A DNA stretch of 64,000 nucleotides. Origin: Candidatus Eiseniibacteriota bacterium (GTDB lineage: Bacteria > Eisenbacteria > RBG-16-71-46). Below are positions 20,006 to 29,739 of this stretch, one piece after another. The position numbers and the translations under genes were made by a program. The notes under the pieces were generated by a model. That model ran no database searches. It was not told where the DNA came from and saw only the letters and a program-made list of their open reading frames with translations. The stretch lies in assembly GCA_033853925.1 (NCBI GenBank), contig JAWOLC010000022.1, forward strand, positions 6,512-70,511. The letters run 5' to 3'. Each line of letters opens with the position of its first letter. Positions within the stretch are counted from its first letter, which is position 1.

Positions 20006-20806
20006 ATGACCGAGATCCGCGCGCAACTCATCGCTCGCTACCGCGCCGATGGCCTCGTCTGCTGGGGGCGGCGCGAGGGGGAGGAGTTCGTCCGCCTGGA
20101 CGGTCCGCCCTGGCTCGGCGGCCGCGAGTGCGGGCCGCGCGACGCCGCGGCGCGCGTGGTCCTGCTGCCGCCCGTCGTGCCGACGAAGATCGTCTGCGTC
20201 GGGCTCAACTACCGGGAGCACATCGCCGAGAGCACGACGGTGGTTCCCGGCGGGCTCGCCGAGCCCGCCGAGCCGCTGCTCTTCCTCAAGCCGCCCAGCG
20301 CGGTGGTGGCGACGGGCGAGGCGATCCGCTATCCGCGCGGCGTCGAGAGGCTCGATCCGGAGGCCGAGCTGGGCGTGGTGATGGGCAAGCGCGCGCGGGC
20401 GGTGCCGGCGGAGGCGGCGCTCGACTTCGTGGCCGGCTACACCTGCTTCGACGACGTGAGCGCCCGCAACTACCAGCGCAAGGACGGCCAGTGGGCCCGG
20501 GCGAAGGGCTTCGACACGTTCGCCCCGCTGGGGCCGTGGGTGGCCTCGGGGCTCGCGCCCGACGCGCTGCACGTCCGCTGCCGGGTGAACGGGCAGGAGC
20601 GCCAGCACGGGTGCACCGCGGACCTCATCCATCCGGTGCCCGCGCTGGTGAGCTTCATCTCGCGCATCATGACGCTCGAGCCCGGGGACGTGATCGCCAC
20701 GGGCACGCCCGCCGGAGTCGCGCCCGTCCACCCCGGGGACCTGATCGAGGTCGAGGTGGAGGGGATCGGGGTGCTGGCGAATCGCGTGGAGGTGGCGGAG
20801 CCGTGA
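20006..20806 (+). CDS. Fumarylacetoacetate hydrolase family protein
   Basis: KIVCVGLNY, FLKPPS, EAELGVV, DVSAR, AKGFDTFAPLGP, TGTP. Confidence 0.95.
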   Translation: MTEIRAQLIARYRADGLVCWGRREGEEFVRLDGPPWLGGRECGPRDAAARVVLLPPVVPTKIVCVGLNYREHIAESTTVVPGGLAEPAEPLLFLKPPSAVVATGEAIRYPRGVERLDPEAELGVVMGKRARAVPAEAALDFVAGYTCFDDVSARNYQRKDGQWARAKGFDTFAPLGPWVASGLAPDALHVRCRVNGQERQHGCTADLIHPVPALVSFISRIMTLEPGDVIATGTPAGVAPVHPGDLIEVEVEGIGVLANRVEVAEP

Positions 20807-21077
20807 GCCGCGCGCGCCGGCCGCCCGCGAGGCGCCTGGTCCCGACTCGTGCCCCGGAGCCGTGCAAACCCGGGCTCTTGACACGAAGCGGACACACGAA
20901 GACCCGCGCGGCGGCGATGCTGCCAGCCTCGGGCGTGGCCTCGCTTCCACAGTCCAGGGACCGGGCCGCTTCCTTGCTGCGCGACGGGCGCACAGTGTGT
21001 ACCCTGCTCGGAGGCGAGGTCGAGCGCCGAAGATCGGCGCCCCGACGGAGAGACGCCGCCACGAAACGACGGGAGAG

Positions 21078-21746
21078 ATGACCGACTCTTTCCGGACGCC
21101 ACCCGACCCGGCCGTCCATGCCGGGAGCTGCTCCCTGGCGGAGCTGCGGACGAAGAACGACGAGCAGCTCGTGCGCGTGGCGCAGGCGGGGGACAACCGC
21201 GCCTTCGACGAGCTGGTGCGCCGCTACCAGGACAAGGTGTACCGGCTCTCCTACAAGATCCTCCGCCACGAGGACGACGCGGCCGAGGCGCTCCAGGACG
21301 CCTTCCTCTCCGCCTACCGGGGGCTCAGGAACTTCAAGGTCGAATCCACCTTCTCGACCTGGCTCTACCGCATCGCCACCAACGCCAGCCTGATGAAGTA
21401 CCGCAAGCGGCGCGACGACCACGTCTCGCTCGAGCAGTCGCAGAGCCAGAACGAGGAGGCCGAGCCGCTGCAGCTTCCCGACTGGTCCGCCCAGCCGCCC
21501 GAGCAGCTCCTCACCGCGGAGACCCGCGAGGTGATGGAGGAGGGGATCCAGCGCCTGCCCGAGGAGCTGCGCACGGTGTTCGTGCTGCGGGACATCGAGG
21601 GGCTCTCGAACGCCCAGGTGGCCGAGATCCTCGACCTCTCGGTGGCGGCCGTGAAATCGCGGCTGCACCGGGCGCGCATCTCGCTCCGCGAGCGGCTCAA
21701 CCGCTACTTCGCGGACAAGATGACGAGGAAGGATCGCAGCCGCTGA
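21078..21746 (+). CDS. ECF RNA polymerase sigma factor (RpoE-like)
   Basis: AFDELVRRYQ, DAAEALQDAF, FSTWLYRIATN (region 2); LSNAQVAEILD...VKSRLHRAR (region 4). Confidence 0.95.
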   Translation: MTDSFRTPPDPAVHAGSCSLAELRTKNDEQLVRVAQAGDNRAFDELVRRYQDKVYRLSYKILRHEDDAAEALQDAFLSAYRGLRNFKVESTFSTWLYRIATNASLMKYRKRRDDHVSLEQSQSQNEEAEPLQLPDWSAQPPEQLLTAETREVMEEGIQRLPEELRTVFVLRDIEGLSNAQVAEILDLSVAAVKSRLHRARISLRERLNRYFADKMTRKDRSR

Positions 21747-21797
21747 AGCCGGGGCGCGAAGGAAGGACCGGATGCGAAGGGAAGGGATTCCCGGGCG

Positions 21798-22631
21798 TCA
21801 GTGCAGAGCCAGCCAGACCAGGATGACCCCGGCCACCGCCACGCGGTACGCGAAGAAGACCCCGAACCCCGCGCGGGCGAGCCACCACAGGCAGGCGCGG
21901 ATGCTGGCCAGCCCCACCACCGCCGCGGAGATCATGCCGGCCGCGAGCGTCGCGGCCGGCAGGTCGTGCGGCAGGTGGCGAAGCTCCACGAGCCCGGCGC
22001 CGAAGGTGATGGGGGTCGCGAGCAGGAACGAGAGGCGCGCGGCCGTGACCCGGTCCAGTCCCGCGGTGCGCCCGGCCGTGATCGTGATGCCCGAGCGCGA
22101 GACCCCGGGCACGAGCGCCAGCGCCTGGGCGAAGCCGACGATGAGGGTGGGGCCCCAGCCCGGGAAGCGCTCCTTCTGCGGCTTCGTGGGCGCGTGGTCG
22201 GAGAGCCAGAGCAGCAGGCCGAAGACGACCAGCATCGCCGCCTGCAAGGGCAGGGCGCGCAGCTTCTCCTCCGCGGCCTTCTCGAGGAGCACGCCCAGCA
22301 CCGCGCCGGGCACCGTGGCCACCGCCAGGCGGAGCACCGTTCCCCAGGCGTTCTCACGATCCGGCCCCCTGCCGAACAGCCCACGCGCGAGGTCGAGCCA
22401 CACGCGCCAGAAGGCGGCCAACAGCGCGAGCAGCGTGCCCCAGTGCAGCGCCACGTCGAAGGCCACGCCCTCGTACCGCCAGCCCAGCAGCTCCGGCACG
22501 ATGTACAGGTGGGCGCTGCTCGAGATGGGCAGGGGCTCGCTCACGCCCTGCACGGCGCCCAGCACCACCGCCTGCCAGGGGGTGAGGTTGGCGGCCGCGG
22601 GCGCGACCGGAGCGACGACGCCGAGGAGCAT
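21798..22631 (-). CDS. uppP: Undecaprenyl-diphosphate phosphatase
   Basis: GAVQGVSEPLPISSSAHL, FDVALHWGT, ALVPGVSRSGIT motifs. Confidence 0.95.
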   Translation of the reverse strand: MLLGVVAPVAPAAANLTPWQAVVLGAVQGVSEPLPISSSAHLYIVPELLGWRYEGVAFDVALHWGTLLALLAAFWRVWLDLARGLFGRGPDRENAWGTVLRLAVATVPGAVLGVLLEKAAEEKLRALPLQAAMLVVFGLLLWLSDHAPTKPQKERFPGWGPTLIVGFAQALALVPGVSRSGITITAGRTAGLDRVTAARLSFLLATPITFGAGLVELRHLPHDLPAATLAAGMISAAVVGLASIRACLWWLARAGFGVFFAYRVAVAGVILVWLALH

Positions 22632-22661
22632 GGCCGGGCACGCTAGCATGGGGGTGGGAGG

Positions 22662-24308
22662 GTGACAACCCCGCGCGCGCGCGGCTCCAGCACGGAGCGG
22701 AGCGTGGCTCGCGGGGCCGGCGCCTCCGGGGCCGCCATCCTCGTCTCGCGGGTCACGGGCCTGCTGCGCGACCAGGTGATGGCGGTCTTCTTCGGCGCGG
22801 GGTTCGCGATGGACGCCTTCAACGTGGCCTTCCGCATCCCGAACCTGCTCCGGGACCTGCTCGCCGAAGGCGCGATGACCCGGTCCCTCGTGCGCACCTT
22901 CACCGAGTACGACCGGACGCGCGGCGAGGAGGCGGCCTGGGAGCTGGGCCGGCAGCTCATGCTGATCCTGCTCCTCGCCCTCGCCGGGGTGTGCGTCCTG
23001 GGCTGGGTGTTCACCTCGCCGATCGTGCACTTCCTCGCCGGTGGCTTCGAGAAGGTCCAGCAGACGCTCGACGGCTACGGCAAGCTCCAGCTCACCGGCC
23101 TGCTCACGCGCGTCATGCTGCCGTTCCTGCCCGCGGTCGTGCTCGCCGCGGTCGCCATGGGCATGCTCAACGCCCGGGAGCGCTACGGCGTCTCGCAGCT
23201 CGCCTCGGCCGTGCTCAACGTGACGATGGTGGTGGTGGGGCTCGCGCTCATCCCGGTGGTGCGCGCCCTGGGGCAGCCCGCCATGCTGGCGATGGCGATC
23301 GGCGTGCTGGTCGGCGGGATCCTGCAGTTCGCCTACCAGCTTCCGCCGCTCTACCGGCTCGGCTTCCGCCTGCGTCCGGAGTGGCCGCGCTGGCACGCGG
23401 GCGTGCGGCGCGTGGCCCTGCTCATGATCCCGGCGACGGTGAGCAGCGCGGGCTGGCAGGTCAACACCGCGGTCAACACGATCATCGCCAGCCACCTGCA
23501 GCAGGGGAGCGTCTCCTGGCTCTACTACGCGCTGCGGCTGCAGCAGCTCCCCGTCGGCGTGCTGGGCGTGTCCTTCGGCATGGTGAGCATGACGAAGCAG
23601 GCCTACGCGATGGTGGAAGCCGATCTCTCGCGCTTCAAGGAGACGCTGGAGACCACCCTGCGGCTGGTCATCGTGGCCACGCTGCCGGCGGTCGCCTGGC
23701 TGATCGTGCTCTCGCAGCCCATCGTGGCCCTGCTCTTCGAGCACGGCCGCTTCCACGCCTTCGACACCGTGCAGACGGCCGGGGCGCTGGTCATGTACAG
23801 CCTCGGCGTGCCGGGCGCGGCGGGGGTGAACGTGATGGTCGGTGCCTTCTACGCCCTGGACGCTCCCTGGCTCGCGGTCCGGGCGAGCGTCGTGGCGGTG
23901 GCCGTCAACCTGGCGCTGAACCTGCTCTTCATCGGTCCGCTCGCCTTCCTCGGCCTGGGGCACCGCGGCCTGGCCCTCGCCAGCTCGGTGGCCGCGACCC
24001 TCAACCTCCTCCAGCTCCTCTTCTACATTCGCCGGCGCGTGGGGCGCTTCGGCGGGAGGCGCGTCCTGGACAGCGCCCTGCGCGCCGGGGCGGCCGCCAC
24101 GCTCGCGGGGCTCGCGAGCTGGGCGGCCCTGCGCGCCCTGGGCACGTCCTGGCATCGCGGCGTGCTCGTGGAGGGCGCGGTGGTGGCGTCCTCCTTCCTC
24201 CTCATGGCGGGGCTCTCGTGGGCCCTGATGCGCCTGCTGCGCGTCCGCGAGCTGGCGACCATCGAGTCCCTGGCGCTGGGGCTGCTGCGGCGGTTGCGAG
24301 GGCGGTAG
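22662..24308 (+). CDS. murJ: Lipid II flippase MurJ (MviN)
   Basis: SRVTGLLRD, AFRIPNLLRDLLAEGA, LYYALRLQQLPVG; multiple TMs. Confidence 0.95.
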   Translation: MTTPRARGSSTERSVARGAGASGAAILVSRVTGLLRDQVMAVFFGAGFAMDAFNVAFRIPNLLRDLLAEGAMTRSLVRTFTEYDRTRGEEAAWELGRQLMLILLLALAGVCVLGWVFTSPIVHFLAGGFEKVQQTLDGYGKLQLTGLLTRVMLPFLPAVVLAAVAMGMLNARERYGVSQLASAVLNVTMVVVGLALIPVVRALGQPAMLAMAIGVLVGGILQFAYQLPPLYRLGFRLRPEWPRWHAGVRRVALLMIPATVSSAGWQVNTAVNTIIASHLQQGSVSWLYYALRLQQLPVGVLGVSFGMVSMTKQAYAMVEADLSRFKETLETTLRLVIVATLPAVAWLIVLSQPIVALLFEHGRFHAFDTVQTAGALVMYSLGVPGAAGVNVMVGAFYALDAPWLAVRASVVAVAVNLALNLLFIGPLAFLGLGHRGLALASSVAATLNLLQLLFYIRRRVGRFGGRRVLDSALRAGAAATLAGLASWAALRALGTSWHRGVLVEGAVVASSFLLMAGLSWALMRLLRVRELATIESLALGLLRRLRGR

Positions 24309-24326
24309 GCGGGCGCCGGGAGTCTC

Positions 24327-25496
24327 TCAGCCGCGCGCCCGGCGGGCGTGGCCGCCGCGGCGCCAGAGCCCGGGGATGGCGGCGAAGGCGCTCAGCCGGC
24401 CGGGGCGCCACAGGCTGGAGGCCAGCTCCAGGGCCAGCCACCCGGCGTAGACGAAGCACACCTCCTCGCGCCAGCTCGGCCGAAGGAACTGCGCGAACCA
24501 GAGCAGGAAGAGGCCGGCGGCCTCGTACGCCTGGAGGTGGAAGTTGGCCAGGATCACCACCCCCAGGGCGCTCTGCAGCAGCGTCAGGATCAGCTCCACG
24601 CGATGCTCCTGGAGCGGCACGGTCATGGGCCGGCCGAACGAGAGCGAGTAGACGATCGGGATCATCGCCGCGAGCACGGTCCACTGGTTGATGTTCGAGG
24701 AGACCATGTTCATCAAGGCCATGCCGGCCTTGCCGCGGCTCCGCGCCCAGTAGAAGGCGCTGGTCTTCTCGGGGAACTCCGAGATGAACGGCGCCACCCA
24801 CTGCACGAACACGAACTGCGACACGCCCAGGGAGATGGCGATGCCCCGCATGCTCTCGAGGAAGGGATCGGCCGTGACGTAGAGCAGGGCGCCGGCGCCC
24901 ACGAACAGACCGAGGATCGACAGGCTGCGCGCCCAGGGGGGCAGGCCGATGATCCGCCGCGGCACGAAGGCCACGTCCTCCACTTCCTCGTGCTCCTTGG
25001 GGGGGATGCGGTTCAGCAGCGCCAGGTAGCCGAGGTACAGCGCCAGCAGGACGCCCGCATCCCACAGGTCGAGCGTGCCCTTGGCGATGACCCAGACGAA
25101 GTAGAGCAGGGGAGGGACGAGGCCCGCGACCTCGGCCGCGTGCTCCCGCTCGAGGCGGACCGCGGGCCAGCGCGTGCCCGTGTCCCGCCGCCCGTGGCTC
25201 AGGGCGTACACCACCCAGATCATGGGCCAACCCAGCCCGGTGAGCAGCCGCAGCGCTCCCGTGAAGTTGGCGGTCATCAGGGGCACGTTGCGGTTCCAGG
25301 CGATCACCGCCTCGACCGCGAACTCGGGCAGGACCTGGATCCAGGCGAGCAGGGCCAGGGCCAGCCCCTGCGACACGTAGAACTGCGCGGCCTCGGCGCC
25401 CCAGGCCACGACGAAGGCGCTCAGCAGCATGGAGGGGAACGTCCACAGCGCGTGGAGCGCGGCGCGATGGACGTCGTCGGGGGGAGTGCCGATCAT
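24327..25496 (-). CDS. Sodium/calcium exchanger-family membrane protein
   Basis: Two alpha-repeats (LPEFAVE...ANFTGA; SEFPEK...SSNINQWT); ~10 TMs. Confidence 0.8.
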   Translation of the reverse strand: MIGTPPDDVHRAALHALWTFPSMLLSAFVVAWGAEAAQFYVSQGLALALLAWIQVLPEFAVEAVIAWNRNVPLMTANFTGALRLLTGLGWPMIWVVYALSHGRRDTGTRWPAVRLEREHAAEVAGLVPPLLYFVWVIAKGTLDLWDAGVLLALYLGYLALLNRIPPKEHEEVEDVAFVPRRIIGLPPWARSLSILGLFVGAGALLYVTADPFLESMRGIAISLGVSQFVFVQWVAPFISEFPEKTSAFYWARSRGKAGMALMNMVSSNINQWTVLAAMIPIVYSLSFGRPMTVPLQEHRVELILTLLQSALGVVILANFHLQAYEAAGLFLLWFAQFLRPSWREEVCFVYAGWLALELASSLWRPGRLSAFAAIPGLWRRGGHARRARG

Positions 25497-25791
25497 CGAA
25501 GCCTCCCGGCAGCCTGGGAACGGTGGTGCGCCCGCAGCGCCGGAAGCCGCCCACCGGGACTCGCGTGCCGCGGATCACGCGACGCGGCCGACACCACCCC
25601 CGACGATCCGGGCGAAGCGAAGCGCGGCGATACTGTGCTGGGGCGGCGGCGGCGTCAAGCCGGACGTGCAGTTGACCGTGGCGGAAGCCGCGGCCTACGA
25701 TGCGGCCGCTCATGCGCGTCCATCGGCGGGTCTCCGCAGGCGTCCGGCGGCGCGTCTTCGCTCGGTCTGGCCGTGAAGGGGCTCGCCACTC

Positions 25792-27423
25792 GTGACGCAG
25801 GATGTCCTCGACCGCTCGCTTCCGGTCCGCGCGCGCGTCACGCCCGGGCCCGAGGCCCCGTTCGACCGCCTCTTCGACCCCATCATCCAGGACCTCGTCG
25901 CCGACGGACCGCTGGCGCGCGAGTGCTTCGCCACGCGCTGGCGCACGGACGCGGACCTGGCCCGACTCGCCGAGGCGAAGCGCGCCCCCCTGGCGGCGCC
26001 GCTCGCGGCCGAGCTGACCGACTACCACCGCCGGCTCGGCGCCTCGGAGCGCTCCCTCGAGGCGCTCGGGCGGCTCGCGCGGGGCGAGGCCGTGTGCAGC
26101 GTGGCGGGCCAGCAGCCGGCCCCGCTGGGCGGGCCCCTCTACTCGCTGCACAAGGTCGCGACCGCGGCCGGCCTCGCCCGGGTCGTGACCGAGCGCACGG
26201 GGGGAGCGTGCGTGCCCCTCTTCTGGATGCACGGCGAGGACTCCGACTTCGCCGAGATCCGCACCGCGACCTTCGCCGATCCGGAGCTGAACGTGCGCGA
26301 GCGGGCCCTGGCCGCGGAGGCGCACGCCACGGGCGGCCTCGTGGGCTCGATCCCCGCGACCGCGCTGGATCCGGTCGTGGACGAGGCCGTGCAGGCCTGG
26401 GGCGGGCTGCCCGCGCAGGCCGAGGCCGCCGAGCTGATGCGGGGAGCGCTCGGGCGCGCCCGCGATCTGGGAGAGGCGTTCAGCGCCCTGATGCTGGCCT
26501 TGTTCGCGGAGCAGGGCCTGGTGGTCGTGGACCCGCGGCTCCCGTCCTTTCGGGCCGCCGCGCGCCCCATCCTCGAGCGCTACCTGGCCCGTGGCGAGGC
26601 ACTTTCGCGCGTGGCGCGGACGGCGGGCGCCTGGCTCGAGGAGCGCACGCGGCGGCGGCCGCTCGCCGACGCCGCACTGGAGTCGTTCGTCTTCGCGATC
26701 CGCGACGGCACGCGGCACAAGCTCACCCTGGCGGAGGCCCGCGCGCTCGCGCCCTCGGTGCCCCTCTCGCCCAGCGTCGCCCTCAGGCCCGTGGTGCAGG
26801 ACGGCGTCTTCCCCACCGTGGCGATGGCCTGCGGGCCGGGCGAGACGGCCTACCTGGCGCAGCTCCGTGGCGTCTTCGCCGGCCTGGAGGTCGCAGCCGC
26901 CTGTCCCGTTCCGCGGCTCGGAGTCACCTGGCTGCCGCCGGCCGCCGTGTCCCTGCTCGACGCCTCGGGGGCCCAGCCCTGGGAGCTGGTGAGCGGCGCC
27001 GACGCCGTGCTGCGCAAGCTGGCCGAGCGCTCGCTGCCCGCCGAGGCGCACGCGGACCTGGAGCGGGCGCGAGCCGATGCGCTCCGCGGCCTGGAGCGCT
27101 TCGCGGCCTCGGCGCGCGCCGTGGACGCGAGCCTGCCGCAGCTCGTGGAGTCCGCGCGGGCCAAGGTGGACTATCAGTTCCAGCGGCTGCTCGAGGGCCT
27201 CGGCCACAAGGTCCGCCATCACCTCGAGCGCCAGCATCCGGAGTGGCTGCGGCTGCGCTACTACCTCCTGCCCGGCGACCGGCTGCAGGAGCGGCGGCTG
27301 GCCTCGCTCGAGATCGTGGCGTACCGCGGGCGCGCGGTCGTCCCGGCTCTGGTGGAGCAGGCCGCGGAGCATGCGCGCGAGCTGGTTCGGGGCGCCAACG
27401 ACCATCTGCTCGTGGAGCTCTGA
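25792..27423 (+). CDS. bshC: Bacillithiol biosynthesis cysteine-adding enzyme BshC
   Basis: AGQQ..LGGPLYSLHK, PLFWMHGEDSDFAEI, SPSVALRPVVQD, GPGETAYLAQL, LQER. Confidence 0.9.
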   Translation: MTQDVLDRSLPVRARVTPGPEAPFDRLFDPIIQDLVADGPLARECFATRWRTDADLARLAEAKRAPLAAPLAAELTDYHRRLGASERSLEALGRLARGEAVCSVAGQQPAPLGGPLYSLHKVATAAGLARVVTERTGGACVPLFWMHGEDSDFAEIRTATFADPELNVRERALAAEAHATGGLVGSIPATALDPVVDEAVQAWGGLPAQAEAAELMRGALGRARDLGEAFSALMLALFAEQGLVVVDPRLPSFRAAARPILERYLARGEALSRVARTAGAWLEERTRRRPLADAALESFVFAIRDGTRHKLTLAEARALAPSVPLSPSVALRPVVQDGVFPTVAMACGPGETAYLAQLRGVFAGLEVAAACPVPRLGVTWLPPAAVSLLDASGAQPWELVSGADAVLRKLAERSLPAEAHADLERARADALRGLERFAASARAVDASLPQLVESARAKVDYQFQRLLEGLGHKVRHHLERQHPEWLRLRYYLLPGDRLQERRLASLEIVAYRGRAVVPALVEQAAEHARELVRGANDHLLVEL

Positions 27424-27450
27424 GCGGGCTCGGCGTTCGGGAGGAGCGAG

Positions 27451-28662
27451 ATGAGCACGAGGAAGAGGCGCCGCGCGCGGCCCGCCGCCGGACGCCGCCG
27501 GACGGCGGCCGAGCCCGCCCGAGCGCCGCGCCTGGCGCGCCTCACGCCGCGCCGGCGCATCGGCATCACCTGCTACTCGCACTTCGGCGGCAGCGGCGTC
27601 GTGGCCACGGAGCTGGGGCTGGCGCTGGCCCGGCGCGGCTGGGACGTCCACTTCGTCGCCCACCGCCTGCCGTTTCGCCTCCGGCGCTTCGAGTCCAACG
27701 TCTTCTTCCACGAGGTGACGCCCGCGACCTATCCCGTGTTCGAGCAGCCCCCCAACAACCTGGCGCTGGCGACCAAGATGGTCGAGGTGGTGGAGAACCA
27801 TGGGCTCGAGATCCTGCACGTGCACTACGCCATGCCGTTCGCCGCCAGCGCCTACCTGGCGCGCCAGCTCGTGCTGCCGCGCCAGCTGGGGGTGGTGACC
27901 ACGCTGCACGGGACGGACATCACGGTGCTGGGGGTCGAGCCCGCCTTCTTCCGCGTCACCCAATTCAGCATCGAGTCGAGCGACCGGGTCACCGCCGTGA
28001 GCCGCTTCCTCGCCGACCGGGCGCGCGCGACGCTCAGCATCACCAAGCCCATCGAGGTCGTGTACAACTTCGTGGACCCCGAGGTGTTCATCCCCCGGCG
28101 TCGCTCGGGGCTGCGCCTGGCCCCGCCGGAGACCCGGGTCCTGATGCACGCCTCCAACTTCCGGCCGGTCAAGAACATCCCGGTCGTGATTCAGGTGTTT
28201 TCCGAAGTCCGGAAGCGCCTTCCGGCCAAGCTGGTCATGATCGGGGACGGACCGGAGAAGCCCGCGGCCGAGCAACTGGCCCGGGAGCTGGGGGTGGGGC
28301 GGGACGTACTCTTCCTCGGAAACCAGGATTGTATGGAGGAATTGCTCCCGTTGGCCGATGTCTTCCTATTGCCCAGCTCGTCCGAGAGCTTCGGCCTCGT
28401 CGCCCTCGAGGCGATGAGCGCCGAGGTGCCCGTGGTCGCCTCCAACATCGGGGGACTGCCCGAGGTCGTGCAGGAAGGGAGCACGGGCTTCCTCCACGAC
28501 CCGGCGGACGTTCGGGGCTTCGTGGGGTCGGTGATGAAGCTGCTCGCCAACGAGAACCTGCGCCGCGTCATGGGCCGGCGCGCCCGGCAGATGGCCCGTG
28601 AGCGCTTCAGCGTGGACGACATGGTGGATCGCTACATTCAGGTCTACGACTCGCTGCGCTGA
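27451..28662 (+). CDS. bshA: N-acetyl-alpha-D-glucosaminyl L-malate synthase BshA
   Basis: IGITCY..FGGSGVVATELG, HVHYAMP, TTLHGTDIT, HASNFRPVK, ESFGLVALEAM; adjacent to bshC. Confidence 0.95.
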   Translation: MSTRKRRRARPAAGRRRTAAEPARAPRLARLTPRRRIGITCYSHFGGSGVVATELGLALARRGWDVHFVAHRLPFRLRRFESNVFFHEVTPATYPVFEQPPNNLALATKMVEVVENHGLEILHVHYAMPFAASAYLARQLVLPRQLGVVTTLHGTDITVLGVEPAFFRVTQFSIESSDRVTAVSRFLADRARATLSITKPIEVVYNFVDPEVFIPRRRSGLRLAPPETRVLMHASNFRPVKNIPVVIQVFSEVRKRLPAKLVMIGDGPEKPAAEQLARELGVGRDVLFLGNQDCMEELLPLADVFLLPSSSESFGLVALEAMSAEVPVVASNIGGLPEVVQEGSTGFLHDPADVRGFVGSVMKLLANENLRRVMGRRARQMARERFSVDDMVDRYIQVYDSLR

Positions 28663-28665
28663 CAC

Positions 28666-29739
28666 ATGCTCGGACGACCGCGCAGGCTCGCCCTGCTCGC
28701 CGAAGGGCGCTTCACGCCCACGGACGCCAAGACCGCGGTGGGCGTGCTGCGCTACCGGCCACAGGAGGTGGCCGCCGTGATCGACTCGACTCAGGCGGGA
28801 CGCGACGCCGGCGACTGCGCGGGCGCGGGCGGCGGGATTCCCGTGGTCGCCGGCGTCGCCGCCGCCGCCGAGGCCGGAGCCGACAGCCTCCTCGTGGGCG
28901 TGGCGCCGCAGGGCGGCGAGCTGCCCGTCGCCTGGCGCGCCAGCGTGCTCGCGGCGCTCGAGCGCGGGTGGGACGTGCTCTCGGGGCTGCACGCGTTCCT
29001 CGCCGACGACCCCGAGTTCGCGGCGGCGGCCGCCCGCACGGGCGCCAGGCTGCTCGACGCGCGCCGCCCGCCGGCTCGCCGGCCGGTGGCCGCGGGGCGC
29101 GCCCGCGCGGTGGCCGCCGAGGTGGTGCTCACGGTCGGGAGCGACTGCAACGTGGGCAAGATGACGGCGGCGGTCGAGATCGTGCGCGCCCTCGAGAGCC
29201 TGGGCCAGCGCGCCGCCTTCGTCGCCACCGGCCAGACGGGCCTGTTCATCGCCGATGACGGCGTCGTGGTGGACGCCGTGCCCGCGGACTTCGTGGCCGG
29301 CTTCTGCGAGGAGCTGGTGCTCGAGGCGGCGCGGACCGCGACGTTCGTGCTGGTCGAGGGACAGGGCGCGCTCCAGCATCCGGCCTACTCGGGGGTGGCC
29401 CTGGGCATCCTCCACGGCAGCTGCCCGTCGCGGCTCGTGCTCTGCCATCGCGCCGGACGCACGCACCTGCGGCTGACGGCCGCTCCGGGCGTCTTCCCGA
29501 TCCCCAGCCTGTCCGAGCTGATCGAGGCGCACGAGCGGGCCGCGGGCTGGGTGCGGCCGGCGCGGGTGGTGGGCGTCGCGCTCAACACGATCGACCTCGG
29601 CGAGGCCGAGGCGCGGGCCGCGTGCGCGGCGGCGGCACGCGAGACCGGCCTGCCCGCCACGGATCCCGTGCGCTTCGGGGCCCAGCCGCTGGCGGCGGCG
29701 CTCGTGGCGGGCCGGAGGGACCATGCGCCTGCGCTGTGA
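28666..29739 (+). CDS. DUF1611 family protein (P-loop; DgcN-like)
   Basis: AKTAVG, SGLH, TVGSDCNVGKMT, ATGQTG, VEGQGAL.HPAYS. Confidence 0.9.
   Translation: MLGRPRRLALLAEGRFTPTDAKTAVGVLRYRPQEVAAVIDSTQAGRDAGDCAGAGGGIPVVAGVAAAAEAGADSLLVGVAPQGGELPVAWRASVLAALERGWDVLSGLHAFLADDPEFAAAAARTGARLLDARRPPARRPVAAGRARAVAAEVVLTVGSDCNVGKMTAAVEIVRALESLGQRAAFVATGQTGLFIADDGVVVDAVPADFVAGFCEELVLEAARTATFVLVEGQGALQHPAYSGVALGILHGSCPSRLVLCHRAGRTHLRLTAAPGVFPIPSLSELIEAHERAAGWVRPARVVGVALNTIDLGEAEARAACAAAARETGLPATDPVRFGAQPLAAALVAGRRDHAPAL

Noticed and set aside
28190-28380. Locally more AT-rich codons inside bshA
   Set aside because: Short patch with an intact protein; cannot be distinguished from noise without computation
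24202-28601. Very long ORFs of 1357 aa (-) and 1417 aa (+), and similar long ORFs elsewhere (e.g. 11632-14487, 6968-9343)
   Set aside because: Arg/Gly/Ala/Pro-rich shadow frames overlapping well-supported genes; expected in high-GC DNA
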